Positions 37,106 through 45,857 of a stretch of DNA of 64,000 bases are shown piece by piece. Numbering within the stretch: the first letter of the stretch is position 1; each line of letters starts with the position of its first letter. The translations under genes and the position numbers were made by a program. The notes below the pieces were generated by a model. The model searched no databases. It was not told the DNA's origin and was given only the letters and a program-made list of their open reading frames with translations. Source of the stretch: a candidate division WWE3 bacterium (GTDB lineage Bacteria > Patescibacteriota > WWE3 > UBA101185 > UBA10185); NCBI GenBank assembly GCA_012798115.1, contig JAAZNV010000009.1, forward strand, positions 10,156 through 74,155, read 5' to 3'.

Positions 37106-38770
37106 TCACAACGACTCTGTTTCCGTCTCCACTAAATTTATAGATTCTGTAGTTAAATTAGTCTTTGAAACTCGAACCTTTTTTAAGAGTTTATAGAAAA
37201 GTTCAACTTCTTCTACTTTTAGTAAGCTTGTTATTAAAAGGTAGGCACTCATTCCAATAACACCTGCAGTTATTGTTAATGCTATTAAGTTTATTGTTCT
37301 TGTTGTATCAAAAACAAATTCATCTAAGAATCTCATTGGAATATAAAGCATAATACCCATAAATGCTGTAGACCAAGCTATTTTGGTGAAAGGAATAATT
37401 AGTCGTTTTTTGTCAAACCCGCCAACCTTTCTATCAAGTAGGAATAAAAGTACACCCATGTCTATTAAGGAAGTAATTGAATATGCAAAAGCTATTGACC
37501 AAACCCCAAACTTTAAATGAGTAACAAAAGTTAAGGAAACTAAAACATTAATTATAGCTGTGGATATATTTACAATAACAGGTGTAAGGGTGTCTTTTAA
37601 AGCATAGTAAGCTCTTGTTATTAAATAGTTTGCACTTTGAGCAAAAATTGCAATGCTAAAAAAGGCTAATGTATGAGCTGTCTTTATTGTGGCTTCCCAT
37701 GGGAAATTATGAACTCCATAAACAATTCTAACCACTGGAACCCTCAGTATTAAAAGAATCATACTGACGGGCATAACTAGATACATCATTTGATGAAGGG
37801 ATGTTAAGAAAGTTTCTTTGTATTTTTCTTTGTCTTCTTCTACCCCTTCTGCTGAAAGTGTTGGTAAGCTTGCAGAAGCCATTGATATTCCAAATAGGGT
37901 AATAGGCAACGTCTGGAGCTGATCCGCGAATTTTAGATATATTACAGAAGATGTGGAGACTAGAATAGCTAGACTGTTGTTTATTGTTTGAGTCAAGTTT
38001 GATATTAAGACGGAAACTATCCTTGGGGGCACAAGAGCAGTTACCTTTTTGAAATTGCTATTCTTTAAGTTTAAAGAAGGCGAAAATCTAAACCCTGTTT
38101 TCTTAAGCAATGGAAGCTGAATCCCAAGGTGAAGTACAGATCCTACCGCAACTCCTACTGCAGGTCCATATATTCCCATACTCTTGGATAAGAAGAAAAT
38201 TCCTCCTATCATTCCTAAGTTGTACATAACAGGTGCTAAAGCAGGAATTGCAAAGAAGCTAAAAGATTGAAGGATACTTGTAGATAAGCTTCCTGCAACT
38301 AACAAGGTTTGGGATGCTAACATTATTCTCATTAAATCAACTCCAAGACTTATCTCTTTGTTAGTGAAGTTTCCCACTGATAGTAGCTTAATGATTTGAG
38401 GTGCAAAAATAAACATGATTATCCCTATGAATATGAAGAATGATAAGGTAGCGTTTATTATTGATGACGCCATATTGAAAGCTTCTTCTTTATCTATCTT
38501 TAACAGCCCAGTAAATACTGGTATGAATACTGTTGATATAGCTCCTACTACTAAAACTGAGTATATAAGGTTTGGAATTCTGTCTGCTGTGTAAAAGACG
38601 GCAAGTTCATTTGATATACCAAAGTTTGAAGCTAAAAGCCTTGTTTTAACAAATCCTAAAATTGCACTTATCCCACTGGCTAAGGACAAGATTAATGTTG
38701 CTGATAAAATAGTATTTTGCGTTTTGAAAAGAAATACATTTATTGGTTTTTGTTTTATCTTAAGTTGCAT
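37106..38770 (-). CDS. murJ: Lipid II flippase MurJ (MviN), MOP superfamily
   Basis: About 14 predicted TM helices; N-terminal block ...LGFVKTRLLASNFGISNELAVFYTADRIPNLIY matches the MurJ conserved region. Confidence 0.8.
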   Translation of the reverse strand: MQLKIKQKPINVFLFKTQNTILSATLILSLASGISAILGFVKTRLLASNFGISNELAVFYTADRIPNLIYSVLVVGAISTVFIPVFTGLLKIDKEEAFNMASSIINATLSFFIFIGIIMFIFAPQIIKLLSVGNFTNKEISLGVDLMRIMLASQTLLVAGSLSTSILQSFSFFAIPALAPVMYNLGMIGGIFFLSKSMGIYGPAVGVAVGSVLHLGIQLPLLKKTGFRFSPSLNLKNSNFKKVTALVPPRIVSVLISNLTQTINNSLAILVSTSSVIYLKFADQLQTLPITLFGISMASASLPTLSAEGVEEDKEKYKETFLTSLHQMMYLVMPVSMILLILRVPVVRIVYGVHNFPWEATIKTAHTLAFFSIAIFAQSANYLITRAYYALKDTLTPVIVNISTAIINVLVSLTFVTHLKFGVWSIAFAYSITSLIDMGVLLFLLDRKVGGFDKKRLIIPFTKIAWSTAFMGIMLYIPMRFLDEFVFDTTRTINLIALTITAGVIGMSAYLLITSLLKVEEVELFYKLLKKVRVSKTNLTTESINLVETETESL

Positions 38771-38833
38771 TTTTCTTCAGGAGGTAAAATCTCTTTTTAC
38801 TTCATCGCAGTTATGTTATTATACATCCCGAAC

Positions 38834-39163
38834 ATGGCAAATACTAAGTCTGCAAAAAAGAATATTAGAGCTTCTTTAAAGAAGAGATCCCACAATAATA
38901 TGTGGGAGAAGAGATTTAAGAATGCAATCAAGTCCCTTTCCAGGTCAATAAAGGAAAAGGAAGAAGAAGGTGTTGTAAAGGAGAAACTTAAGGTTCTTCA
39001 AAAGGTGTTGGATAAAGCTTCAAAAGAAAAAGTTATTCATAAGAATAAAGCAAATAGAGTAAAATCAAAATATGCTCTTAAAGTTTCTGCCCTTTTCTCA
39101 AAAGAAGGAGAAAAACCAAAACTTAAACCTGAAAGAAAGTCTTCAAAGTCAAAAGCAAAATGA
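38834..39163 (+). CDS. rpsT: 30S ribosomal protein S20 with Lys-rich C-terminal extension; start refined
   Basis: MANTKSAKKNIRASLKKRSHNNMWEKRFKNAIK is the S20 N-terminus. The listed ORF start at 38717 would overlap the murJ start on the other strand; the in-frame ATG at 38834 is preferred. Confidence 0.8.
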   Translation: MANTKSAKKNIRASLKKRSHNNMWEKRFKNAIKSLSRSIKEKEEEGVVKEKLKVLQKVLDKASKEKVIHKNKANRVKSKYALKVSALFSKEGEKPKLKPERKSSKSKAK

Positions 39164-39182
39164 AGCGTTTCTTAACTTAGGT

Positions 39183-39737
39183 TTGAACCTCCTTTCTAGT
39201 ACTGATACTACTAATTCTAATAACCCTAGTATCCTTAAGAATAAAAAGATTAAGTTCATTTCTGATGACTCTGATGAGGTGGTGCCTTTCTTTAAAAAAC
39301 TTATTCTCTGTTTATGTATTATCTTTTCGGTTGTGATCATCCTTAACCTTTTAACGACTCAGATTATTAAGTCTCTTAAGGTAAAACAAGATAGTTTGAT
39401 ACGACAAGTACAAAGTTACTCTGAGATTGAAAAGTCAGCAAAATACGTTGATAAAAGAGTTTCTTATTACAAGAAAATCCTTTCACAAAGAGAAAGTATG
39501 TCTCCTAGGTTGGATTTTATCTTAAGTAATACTGACGAAAGTATATATATAAAAGATGCTAGATATTCGTTAAGTAGCTTTAGCATTTTTGCAGAAGGTC
39601 CTAATGCTTATACGTTCACAAATTTAATATCTAAATATTTGAGTGGAGGTGTTGTATCTGAAATCTCAATTAAAGGAGCTAGGTTGAATACAAGAACTGG
39701 AATGTTTGAAGTCGATATGGAAGGGAGGTTTAAATGA
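39183..39737 (+). CDS. PilN-like bitopic protein (short cytoplasmic N-terminus, one TM, periplasmic-type domain); start uncertain (probably TTG/GTG)
   Basis: The listed ATG at 39072 would overlap rpsT by 92 nt. In-frame TTG at 39183 gives an LNLL N-terminus (compare the PilN INLLP motif); a GTG at ~39279 is preceded by GAGG. TM is LILCLCIIFSVVIILNLL. Confidence 0.3.
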   Translation: MNLLSSTDTTNSNNPSILKNKKIKFISDDSDEVVPFFKKLILCLCIIFSVVIILNLLTTQIIKSLKVKQDSLIRQVQSYSEIEKSAKYVDKRVSYYKKILSQRESMSPRLDFILSNTDESIYIKDARYSLSSFSIFAEGPNAYTFTNLISKYLSGGVVSEISIKGARLNTRTGMFEVDMEGRFK

Positions 39738-40291
39738 AAGAAAAGTTTAATCTAGTTGTAAGCAATTTAAAAAGAGTGTTATCAAATAGTGATCTATCTT
39801 ACAAGATATATATGGTTTTTGCTATACTAACGTTTATTTTGATTGGTGTGTTTGGAATTGTTCCTTCCTCTAAGGTTTTTATTGCAAATATAAAGTTAGC
39901 TATAGATATGAACAAGAGTAATAGTATGCTTTCTAGTAAATTAGTTGAATTAAAGAAAGTTGAAGGTGATCTAAAAGCTGTGGAAGATAGCATCTTCTTC
40001 CTTGAAAATTACCTTCCAGAACAATTCAATGTTCAAGATTATATTGTTGATTTTGTTTTTTCATCTGGAGAAACAGATTTTTCAATAGATAGAGTTACAC
40101 CTGTAAAAGAAGCAGGAGATGTTATTAATTTAGCCATTGTGTTTGTTGGTAACGGTAATCCAGTTGAGTTGGTTAATATTTTGGAATCTCTAAATAGAGT
40201 TACTGAAATACAAGATCTTAAGGTGTCACAAAACGAAGGATATACAACTTTAAGCATGTTGGTTAAAACGTTTATTATGGAAAAACAATGA
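39734..40291 (+). CDS. PilO-like bitopic protein (TM, coiled coil, C-terminal domain)
   Basis: TM IYMVFAILTFILIGVFGIV, then a coiled coil (LSSKLVELKKVEGDLKAVEDSIFFLEN). 4-nt overlap with the preceding gene. Confidence 0.3.
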   Translation: MKEKFNLVVSNLKRVLSNSDLSYKIYMVFAILTFILIGVFGIVPSSKVFIANIKLAIDMNKSNSMLSSKLVELKKVEGDLKAVEDSIFFLENYLPEQFNVQDYIVDFVFSSGETDFSIDRVTPVKEAGDVINLAIVFVGNGNPVELVNILESLNRVTEIQDLKVSQNEGYTTLSMLVKTFIMEKQ

Positions 40292-40473
40292 AAGACTTTA
40301 TTAAAATTTTAATTGCATTTATAACAGTTTTACTTCTTTGGGCAGCAATAGGTGTGAAAAAGCTAGATAGGAATAATTTTCTTTCTTCTTCAACTCTTGA
40401 CATGTCCCGTCCTCTAAATGTTACTATAGATGTAGAGTTTATTAATAAGTTAAATCCTGCCTATGGAAAATAG
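40288..40473 (+). CDS. Small N-terminally anchored membrane protein
   Basis: 61 aa, TM ILIAFITVLLLWAAIGV; translationally coupled to its neighbours. Confidence 0.3.
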   Translation: MKDFIKILIAFITVLLLWAAIGVKKLDRNNFLSSSTLDMSRPLNVTIDVEFINKLNPAYGK

Positions 40474-40927
40474 TAGTTTTAGTGTAAAAGAAAATGCTGG
40501 AAAAAGTTTTAAAACATTTGTTTTAACTTTATCTGTTTCTCTTATTATCTTTAGTGTTGTTTATTATGTGATGAGTGTTAACTCATCTAACCAAGAATCT
40601 TTTGATAATTCTTTAAGTGATAATGTGGTTGAGAAAGAAGTAAAAGGAGTAGAGCAAAAGTCAGTATTTAATGAGATTGCTAGCAAAGATCCAGGGGTAC
40701 AAGCAAAGGAGGTCTTAGCAGGTTCTACTGTTGCTACAACAGCAGAGGTTCAGCAAACAACTCAAAGTGCAGCAGATCTTCAAACTGGAACTTTCAGCAT
40801 AACTGCTGGATTGTTCATTGCTTTGATAATATTTTTGTCTACTCTTGTCTTTGTTTTAAACAACCCTAGGAAACTAGCTTTATCTTCTTTTGAAAAGAAT
40901 GCTTTAAGAGACGTTGAAGAGAAGTAG
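40463..40927 (+). CDS. Small surface protein with N-terminal signal anchor and C-terminal tripartite sorting-signal-like tail (LQTGT motif, hydrophobic helix, basic tail); candidate sortase substrate
   Basis: C-terminus ...AADLQTGTFSITAGLFIALIIFLSTLVFVLNNPRK. A sortase gene lies 570 nt downstream. Confidence 0.35.
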   Translation: MENSSFSVKENAGKSFKTFVLTLSVSLIIFSVVYYVMSVNSSNQESFDNSLSDNVVEKEVKGVEQKSVFNEIASKDPGVQAKEVLAGSTVATTAEVQQTTQSAADLQTGTFSITAGLFIALIIFLSTLVFVLNNPRKLALSSFEKNALRDVEEK

Positions 40928-40939
40928 TTTTGGAATAAA

Positions 40940-40968
40940 AAGAGCTGAAGTTTTTGTTTTCAGCTCTT
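40940..40968. terminator. Bidirectional rho-independent terminator between convergent genes (10-bp stem AAGAGCTGAA/TTCAGCTCTT)
   Basis: Perfect inverted repeat with a 9-nt T-rich loop. Flanked by an A-run on the + side, which reads as a U-run on the minus strand. Confidence 0.6.
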
Positions 40969-40977
40969 TGCCAAGAT

Positions 40978-41397
40978 TTAAATGTTTGTAGATACCGCAA
41001 ACTTTTCCAGTGCATTTTTGAGAGACATCCACACGTTGTTCTTGCCATCATAGAACGTGAGGAACAAATGTGGGAACTGCTTGACATACCAGTTTAGATC
41101 CTCTTCTGAAGTCGCTTCTCCCACCCACATTGCGTTCTTATGAGATCTTAGTTCTTTCTCTGACTGGAAGCCGTAAACTGAAACGAAAGGTCTGTTATCC
41201 AATCCACTTTTGAACAGCCTTTCGTCTTGTCTGTTTGTGGCAGGAAGACGAGGGCCAAAATAGTATCTTCCACATTTTTCGCATGGATAAGCACATGAAT
41301 ATGAGGAACATCCTGTTTGGAGGACTACGCGATCCTCACTAGAAGGATTTACATATCCATCACACCCAGGCATTTTACATACAAATTTCTCACTCAT
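40978..41397 (-). CDS. Cys-rich (zinc-ribbon-like N-terminus) hypothetical protein
   Basis: CKMPGCDG...CSSYSCAYPCEKCG cluster in the first 45 aa. Confidence 0.35.
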   Translation of the reverse strand: MSEKFVCKMPGCDGYVNPSSEDRVVLQTGCSSYSCAYPCEKCGRYYFGPRLPATNRQDERLFKSGLDNRPFVSVYGFQSEKELRSHKNAMWVGEATSEEDLNWYVKQFPHLFLTFYDGKNNVWMSLKNALEKFAVSTNI

Positions 41398-41497
41398 TTT
41401 CTCTCCTTTAGATGTTTTTGTTCTGATGATTGTACCTTACCTTGGCAACGTTGTCAAACACTACAGGTTCTTGGAGTAATAGTTAAATAATACATAT

Positions 41498-42211
41498 TTA
41501 TTCTAAAAGAGAAGCTTTGACTAGTAATCTTTTTGTTTTTGTTCCTGCTGGCCAACAGGTCATTAAGCTGACCGTTGATTCATTTAAGTACCCTGGTTTC
41601 CAGTTTTCAAGTGGGTTTACTTGGTTTGGATAAAATACCTCTTTTTCCTCAACCTTGTAGCTTAAGTCCTTATTGTTGTACTTGATAGTGAACATATCTC
41701 CTGCTTCTAAATCTCCAAGGGTAGAAAATATTGTTTTATAGTTTCTTGGGTTATAAAACCATGGGAGAACAGAATGACCATATATGAAAGAATTGCCTTT
41801 TTCACCAGGAAGACTTGATCCTTTATAGTGTCCTAAAAATTCTTCTGGACTTGAACCTGTAAAATCTGTTTTAACTTTTGCGTTTTCTATTTTCAGCTTA
41901 GGTATGGAAAGAAAAAAGAATTCAGGGACGTTTTGTTCTTCTGCTTCTATATTTTTGTTATCTTTTAACTCTGAGAAGCTAAAGTCCTTGAATCCTGTAG
42001 CTACACCAAGAACTGTAGACTCCATTGGTTTGGACACTTTATCTTGTGTTTTAAATGATACAAGTGGAAGAATAACTTGAGTTCCAAGTACAAAAAACCC
42101 AAGGGCCATAAGTGCCCCAGACAATATCCTTGCTTTAAAGAGGAATGGAAAATTTACAGACTTGTAAATTGGATCAAAGGATTCATTTTTAATATATACT
42201 TTTTTAGGCAT
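41498..42211 (-). CDS. Sortase-family transpeptidase, N-terminally membrane-anchored
   Basis: N-terminal TM, catalytic His region FIYGHSV and catalytic Cys motif LMTCWP (sortase TLxTC). 237 aa. Confidence 0.65.
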   Translation of the reverse strand: MPKKVYIKNESFDPIYKSVNFPFLFKARILSGALMALGFFVLGTQVILPLVSFKTQDKVSKPMESTVLGVATGFKDFSFSELKDNKNIEAEEQNVPEFFFLSIPKLKIENAKVKTDFTGSSPEEFLGHYKGSSLPGEKGNSFIYGHSVLPWFYNPRNYKTIFSTLGDLEAGDMFTIKYNNKDLSYKVEEKEVFYPNQVNPLENWKPGYLNESTVSLMTCWPAGTKTKRLLVKASLLE

Positions 42212-42213
42212 TG

Positions 42214-42915
42214 TTAAGAGTTTAACACTGTTTCTATAGCCATTGGAATTATCAATTCTTCATCTATTTCACTAAGTTTTGATCTCATATCTATTTTTCT
42301 GAATTCCTCAAATATACTTACTAATTGTTTAGTTGTATAAAGATTAGCTTGGGATAAAGACTTCCTTTTAACAAAGTCATGTAGTTTAACAAATGAAGGG
42401 GATCCGAACTTTGCTGAAGCAATTGATCTTAATCCATAAAAAAACAAAGAAAATATTTCATATGGGGAGATTTGATCAGATATTAACTTTGAAAGTTCAT
42501 TGTATGCATTTTCTCTTTGTTTATAAAATACAAAGTCCACAAGTTTAAATGTACTACTGGTAGGGATAGCGTCATTTAGATTTGTTTTTGCCTTCAGTTT
42601 TGCTGCATTTTTGATGAAAGCATTTGTTTTAGGAAGGGACTTTGCAGACAAAATTATTAATGTCGTAGATAAAGGTAGCTTAGTTATTACTTCAATAAAC
42701 TTATCCATATTCATTCTTCCTGCTGAAGTTATGTCAATAACAATAAAAGGTGGGTTTCCAAATAAGTCGCTAGAATGACCTTTCTCATACAAATCTTCTG
42801 GTGTTATATCACTAATATTTACTTCTATCCTAGATTCAATGTTTAGTTTCTTTTGTTGATTTTGAATTAATGCCCTTGATTTAGGAAGATCATCCCCATG
42901 AACTATGTAAATCAT
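42214..42915 (-). CDS. holA: DNA polymerase III delta subunit-like (compact)
   Basis: N-terminus MIYIVHGDDLPKSRALIQ... resembles the delta N-terminal domain (..lyGeD..l). Reduced length of 233 aa. Confidence 0.4.
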   Translation of the reverse strand: MIYIVHGDDLPKSRALIQNQQKKLNIESRIEVNISDITPEDLYEKGHSSDLFGNPPFIVIDITSAGRMNMDKFIEVITKLPLSTTLIILSAKSLPKTNAFIKNAAKLKAKTNLNDAIPTSSTFKLVDFVFYKQRENAYNELSKLISDQISPYEIFSLFFYGLRSIASAKFGSPSFVKLHDFVKRKSLSQANLYTTKQLVSIFEEFRKIDMRSKLSEIDEELIIPMAIETVLNS

Positions 42916-42950
42916 ATTTTTATTTTAACTTATAACTTGAAATTGAATAG

Positions 42951-44060
42951 CTACTTATCACCAAACAAATATTTTTGGACATAAGCATGTATTTGAGAAA
43001 AATCTCCAGTTTGGGGAATGAGAACGTAAGCACCACCATAAAGTGTTGAATCTACAGGGTGATACAAAAGTCCACCGCTGTTAGCATCACTTCTATCATC
43101 TAATACGATAGATTCTATCTTACTAAGATCTAGTTTTTGAGATAGCATGTAAAAGTTTTCCAGCGTCTGAAAATCAATATTTGTGTCTACGTTTTGTGCA
43201 TAGGCATCATACAGTCCTTTTATCTTTGCAGGACTGAGAACAGTTTCAAGAGAAAAAATCTTATCTTTTATTGCAGAAATGACTTTTTGTTGTCTTTTTG
43301 CTCTTGCAAAATCCGTATTCTCATCATTATCTCCATGCCTAGATCTAGCGTACTTTAAAGCTGTCTTACCATCCATCTTTTGCAGTCCAGATTTAAACTC
43401 AACGCGTTCAAATCTGCAAGGAAAGTCATATTCACTTATCTTGTCTCCAAGTTTTTTTATCTCTTCTTCATTCTTTCCACAAGTATCATTTTCCTTTCCT
43501 TCTATTGGGTAAAAGTTATCGACAAAAGCATTTTCCACATTAACTTCAATGCCATTTAAGACTTCTATTGCTTGTTCAAATAAGTTAAACGTTACAAGTA
43601 TGTGGTAGTGTATTGGTATTCCCATCACTTTTTCTATTTGTTCTTTTAAACCATCTATTCCTTTGTAGGCATAAACTGCGTTTATCTTTGTTTGATAGTC
43701 ACTAACCCATAAATCTCTAGGCAAGGAAATTAATACCACATCGTTTTCTGTTGTTCCTATTGATGCAACAAGAATAGTGTCCGTTAATGTAGCCCTTCCT
43801 TGTTCTGCTCCTACATCTCTTTTGTCTGATCCAAGGACAAGTATATTTATTCTCCCATCTGTTTCTTTAAGGTTTGCAGCTGCTACATTTGAAACAATAG
43901 ATATTGGATTGAATGTTTGTTTAATTCTGCCTCTAAAAACATATAAGGAGGCACCTATTACACAAAGTACAACTAAAAGCAGGATAAACTTTACTAATCC
44001 TTTATTGTTTACCTCTTTTCTTAAGATACTTTTTTGTTTGTATATGTCTGTATAGTTCAT
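42951..44060 (-). CDS. LytR-CpsA-Psr (LCP) family cell-wall polymer phosphotransferase
   Basis: N-terminal TM; NILVLGSDKRD...GRATLTDTILVASIG LCP core motif. Confidence 0.8.
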   Translation of the reverse strand: MNYTDIYKQKSILRKEVNNKGLVKFILLLVVLCVIGASLYVFRGRIKQTFNPISIVSNVAAANLKETDGRINILVLGSDKRDVGAEQGRATLTDTILVASIGTTENDVVLISLPRDLWVSDYQTKINAVYAYKGIDGLKEQIEKVMGIPIHYHILVTFNLFEQAIEVLNGIEVNVENAFVDNFYPIEGKENDTCGKNEEEIKKLGDKISEYDFPCRFERVEFKSGLQKMDGKTALKYARSRHGDNDENTDFARAKRQQKVISAIKDKIFSLETVLSPAKIKGLYDAYAQNVDTNIDFQTLENFYMLSQKLDLSKIESIVLDDRSDANSGGLLYHPVDSTLYGGAYVLIPQTGDFSQIHAYVQKYLFGDK

Positions 44061-44068
44061 GGTTGATT

Positions 44069-44734
44069 TTAGTTATAAGTCCTAATTATATCTGCAAAAG
44101 TTTTAGGATCAAGACTTGCATTTCCAACTAAAACTCCATTCAAGTTAGTTATTTTGGCTATATGCTCAATATTATTTTCATTCACAGACCCCCCATATAT
44201 TAGTGGGGTATTGCTTGAGATTATCTTTCTAATCTCATTAACTATAAGCACTATCTTGCTTGGATCCTCTGCATTATAAACACCATTTTTTGATATATTA
44301 ACAGGATTTTCCCATGCCATTATTACACCTTCTTTGTGTAGCCTTACTAAATCTTCTGGGTTGGTAAAACAAATGATAGGAGTTATCTTTTCTTTCAAGC
44401 ATATGTCTCTTTTTGCTACTACTACGTTTACTTCTTCTTTTCTTTCACTATGTCCTATAATTGCATATTTGCAGAACTCCTTAACTTGAAATGCACCTGT
44501 TTCTCCAGTGTTTGCACCTTTTTCTTTTAAGGATATATCTTGTGCAGCTACCTTTAACATACTCTTCTTTGAGAGTTCATAAATTACTGGGATAAAAGGA
44601 AAGGATGGTGCAATTATTATTTCATTCTCCGGAGATAAGAATTTAAGAAATCCAGAGAAGCCATCAACCCAAGATATGGTATCTTCAAACCCCATGTTTT
44701 CTTTCCAATTTGCAACTATGTATTTATTTATCAT
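44069..44734 (-). CDS. tpiA: Triosephosphate isomerase
   Basis: ...NTGETGAFQVKEFCKYAIIGHSERK...; TIM active-site His/Glu context. Confidence 0.85.
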   Translation of the reverse strand: MINKYIVANWKENMGFEDTISWVDGFSGFLKFLSPENEIIIAPSFPFIPVIYELSKKSMLKVAAQDISLKEKGANTGETGAFQVKEFCKYAIIGHSERKEEVNVVVAKRDICLKEKITPIICFTNPEDLVRLHKEGVIMAWENPVNISKNGVYNAEDPSKIVLIVNEIRKIISSNTPLIYGGSVNENNIEHIAKITNLNGVLVGNASLDPKTFADIIRTYN

Positions 44735-44735
44735 C

Positions 44736-45581
44736 TTAAGATATCCTTCTAATAGTTTCTTCTATCAACTTTGGCAGGTTCTCTATATCTTCATGTGTAT
44801 AACTGTATCCTAATGTATTTAAACACGAAAAAACTACTCCTATGTCCGTATATATTTTATCCGCAAATTGGCAAGCAACAAGACTGTTAATCAAGACGTT
44901 TCCACCAATTTCCCCGATTTTTGATTTGCCACAACCCATTGGACAGTTTGAACATGATGGGTATATTCCCATATCTACACGAAGTTCGTCCTTCTTGGAA
45001 AGAATCTCGTTATATAGCTTTTCATATTCATCAAAGTTTAATGGTTTGTCAATTTCCGTTCCTGTAATAACTACTCCTTTGATGTTTTTTTCGGTAAATA
45101 TTTTTTCAAGAAAGCTTTCTGGGGTAGTGAAGTAATCATCAAGAAGTATCTTATTGTTCTCAAAGTTTATAGCACTTCTTTTCCCAGGAAGTCCTAGTGA
45201 GTCTGTACTTGTTTCTTCTCCAAGGAAGTCTACTTTAGCATTACATATGTCTAGTACAGTTGGTTGATCTGACCTCCCAAATATTGCTATAGCATCTACT
45301 CCTGCAAACCTCATTCTTAACGATAAGCTTCCACCTATGTATATGTCTTCTATTACACCACCATCATTTAAAACTACTGCAGTCTTTGACGCAAAGGGAA
45401 AAAAGCCATTTAGTGGCCCAATAGCAAGCACGACAGGGTTTAAGTCTGAGTACATCTCGTGAAGTTTTATTCCAAGAGCAACACCACCTAGGTATTTGTT
45501 AAGATCTGCAAAGCTTTTTAAATCAGCTTCCTTCTTATTTAAGTCTATTGTTAGTACCTTTTTAGCTAAAAAATCTATCAT
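44736..45581 (-). CDS. Truncated aldehyde:ferredoxin oxidoreductase (AOR)-family protein: AOR N-terminal domain plus Cys cluster, lacking most of the tungstopterin-binding domains
   Basis: LTIDLNKKEADLKSFADLNKYLGGVALGIKL, VVLAIGPLNG and MRFAGVDAIAIFGRSDQPTVLDI align with the AOR_N blocks. YPSCSNCPMGCGK resembles the AOR [4Fe-4S]-ligand region. 281 aa against ~600 aa for AOR/GAPOR. Confidence 0.5.
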   Translation of the reverse strand: MIDFLAKKVLTIDLNKKEADLKSFADLNKYLGGVALGIKLHEMYSDLNPVVLAIGPLNGFFPFASKTAVVLNDGGVIEDIYIGGSLSLRMRFAGVDAIAIFGRSDQPTVLDICNAKVDFLGEETSTDSLGLPGKRSAINFENNKILLDDYFTTPESFLEKIFTEKNIKGVVITGTEIDKPLNFDEYEKLYNEILSKKDELRVDMGIYPSCSNCPMGCGKSKIGEIGGNVLINSLVACQFADKIYTDIGVVFSCLNTLGYSYTHEDIENLPKLIEETIRRIS

Positions 45582-45853
45582 TCTTCGTTTTTTCCTTCTA
45601 TTTCTTCGTGGTTTTCTACCTCAAACACATCTTTAGGACATATCTTTGATATTTTTTCTACATGAAGCATGTTTATTCTAGGATCTATCTCTATTTGCAT
45701 TTCTAACTTTTGGTTATCATCTCTTTTCTTTTTGAATATTCTGATTAAAGCTTCTTCAAGCCCCACCTTTTTTAACTGTCTTTGTGATTCTAGCAAACAC
45801 AATTCACATCCGTTGCATTTATCTGTTTGTGTTGGTTTTAATATCTTAGCCAT
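45578..45853 (-). CDS. Small ferredoxin-like protein (split CxxCxxC...CP 4Fe-4S motif)
   Basis: CNGCELC near the N-terminus and a distal KICPKD motif; 91 aa. Translationally coupled (4-nt overlap) to the AOR-like gene. Confidence 0.4.
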   Translation of the reverse strand: MAKILKPTQTDKCNGCELCLLESQRQLKKVGLEEALIRIFKKKRDDNQKLEMQIEIDPRINMLHVEKISKICPKDVFEVENHEEIEGKNEE

Positions 45854-45857
45854 ATCT

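Noticed and set aside
38717-38833. Upstream extension of the rpsT ORF (listed start 38717)
   Set aside because: Would overlap the murJ start codon on the opposite strand and add a non-conserved leader. The S20 N-terminus MANTKSAKK starts at 38834.
39072-39182. ATG start at 39072 for the PilN-like ORF
   Set aside because: Would overlap rpsT by 92 nt in another frame. A downstream TTG/GTG start is more plausible, though unverified.
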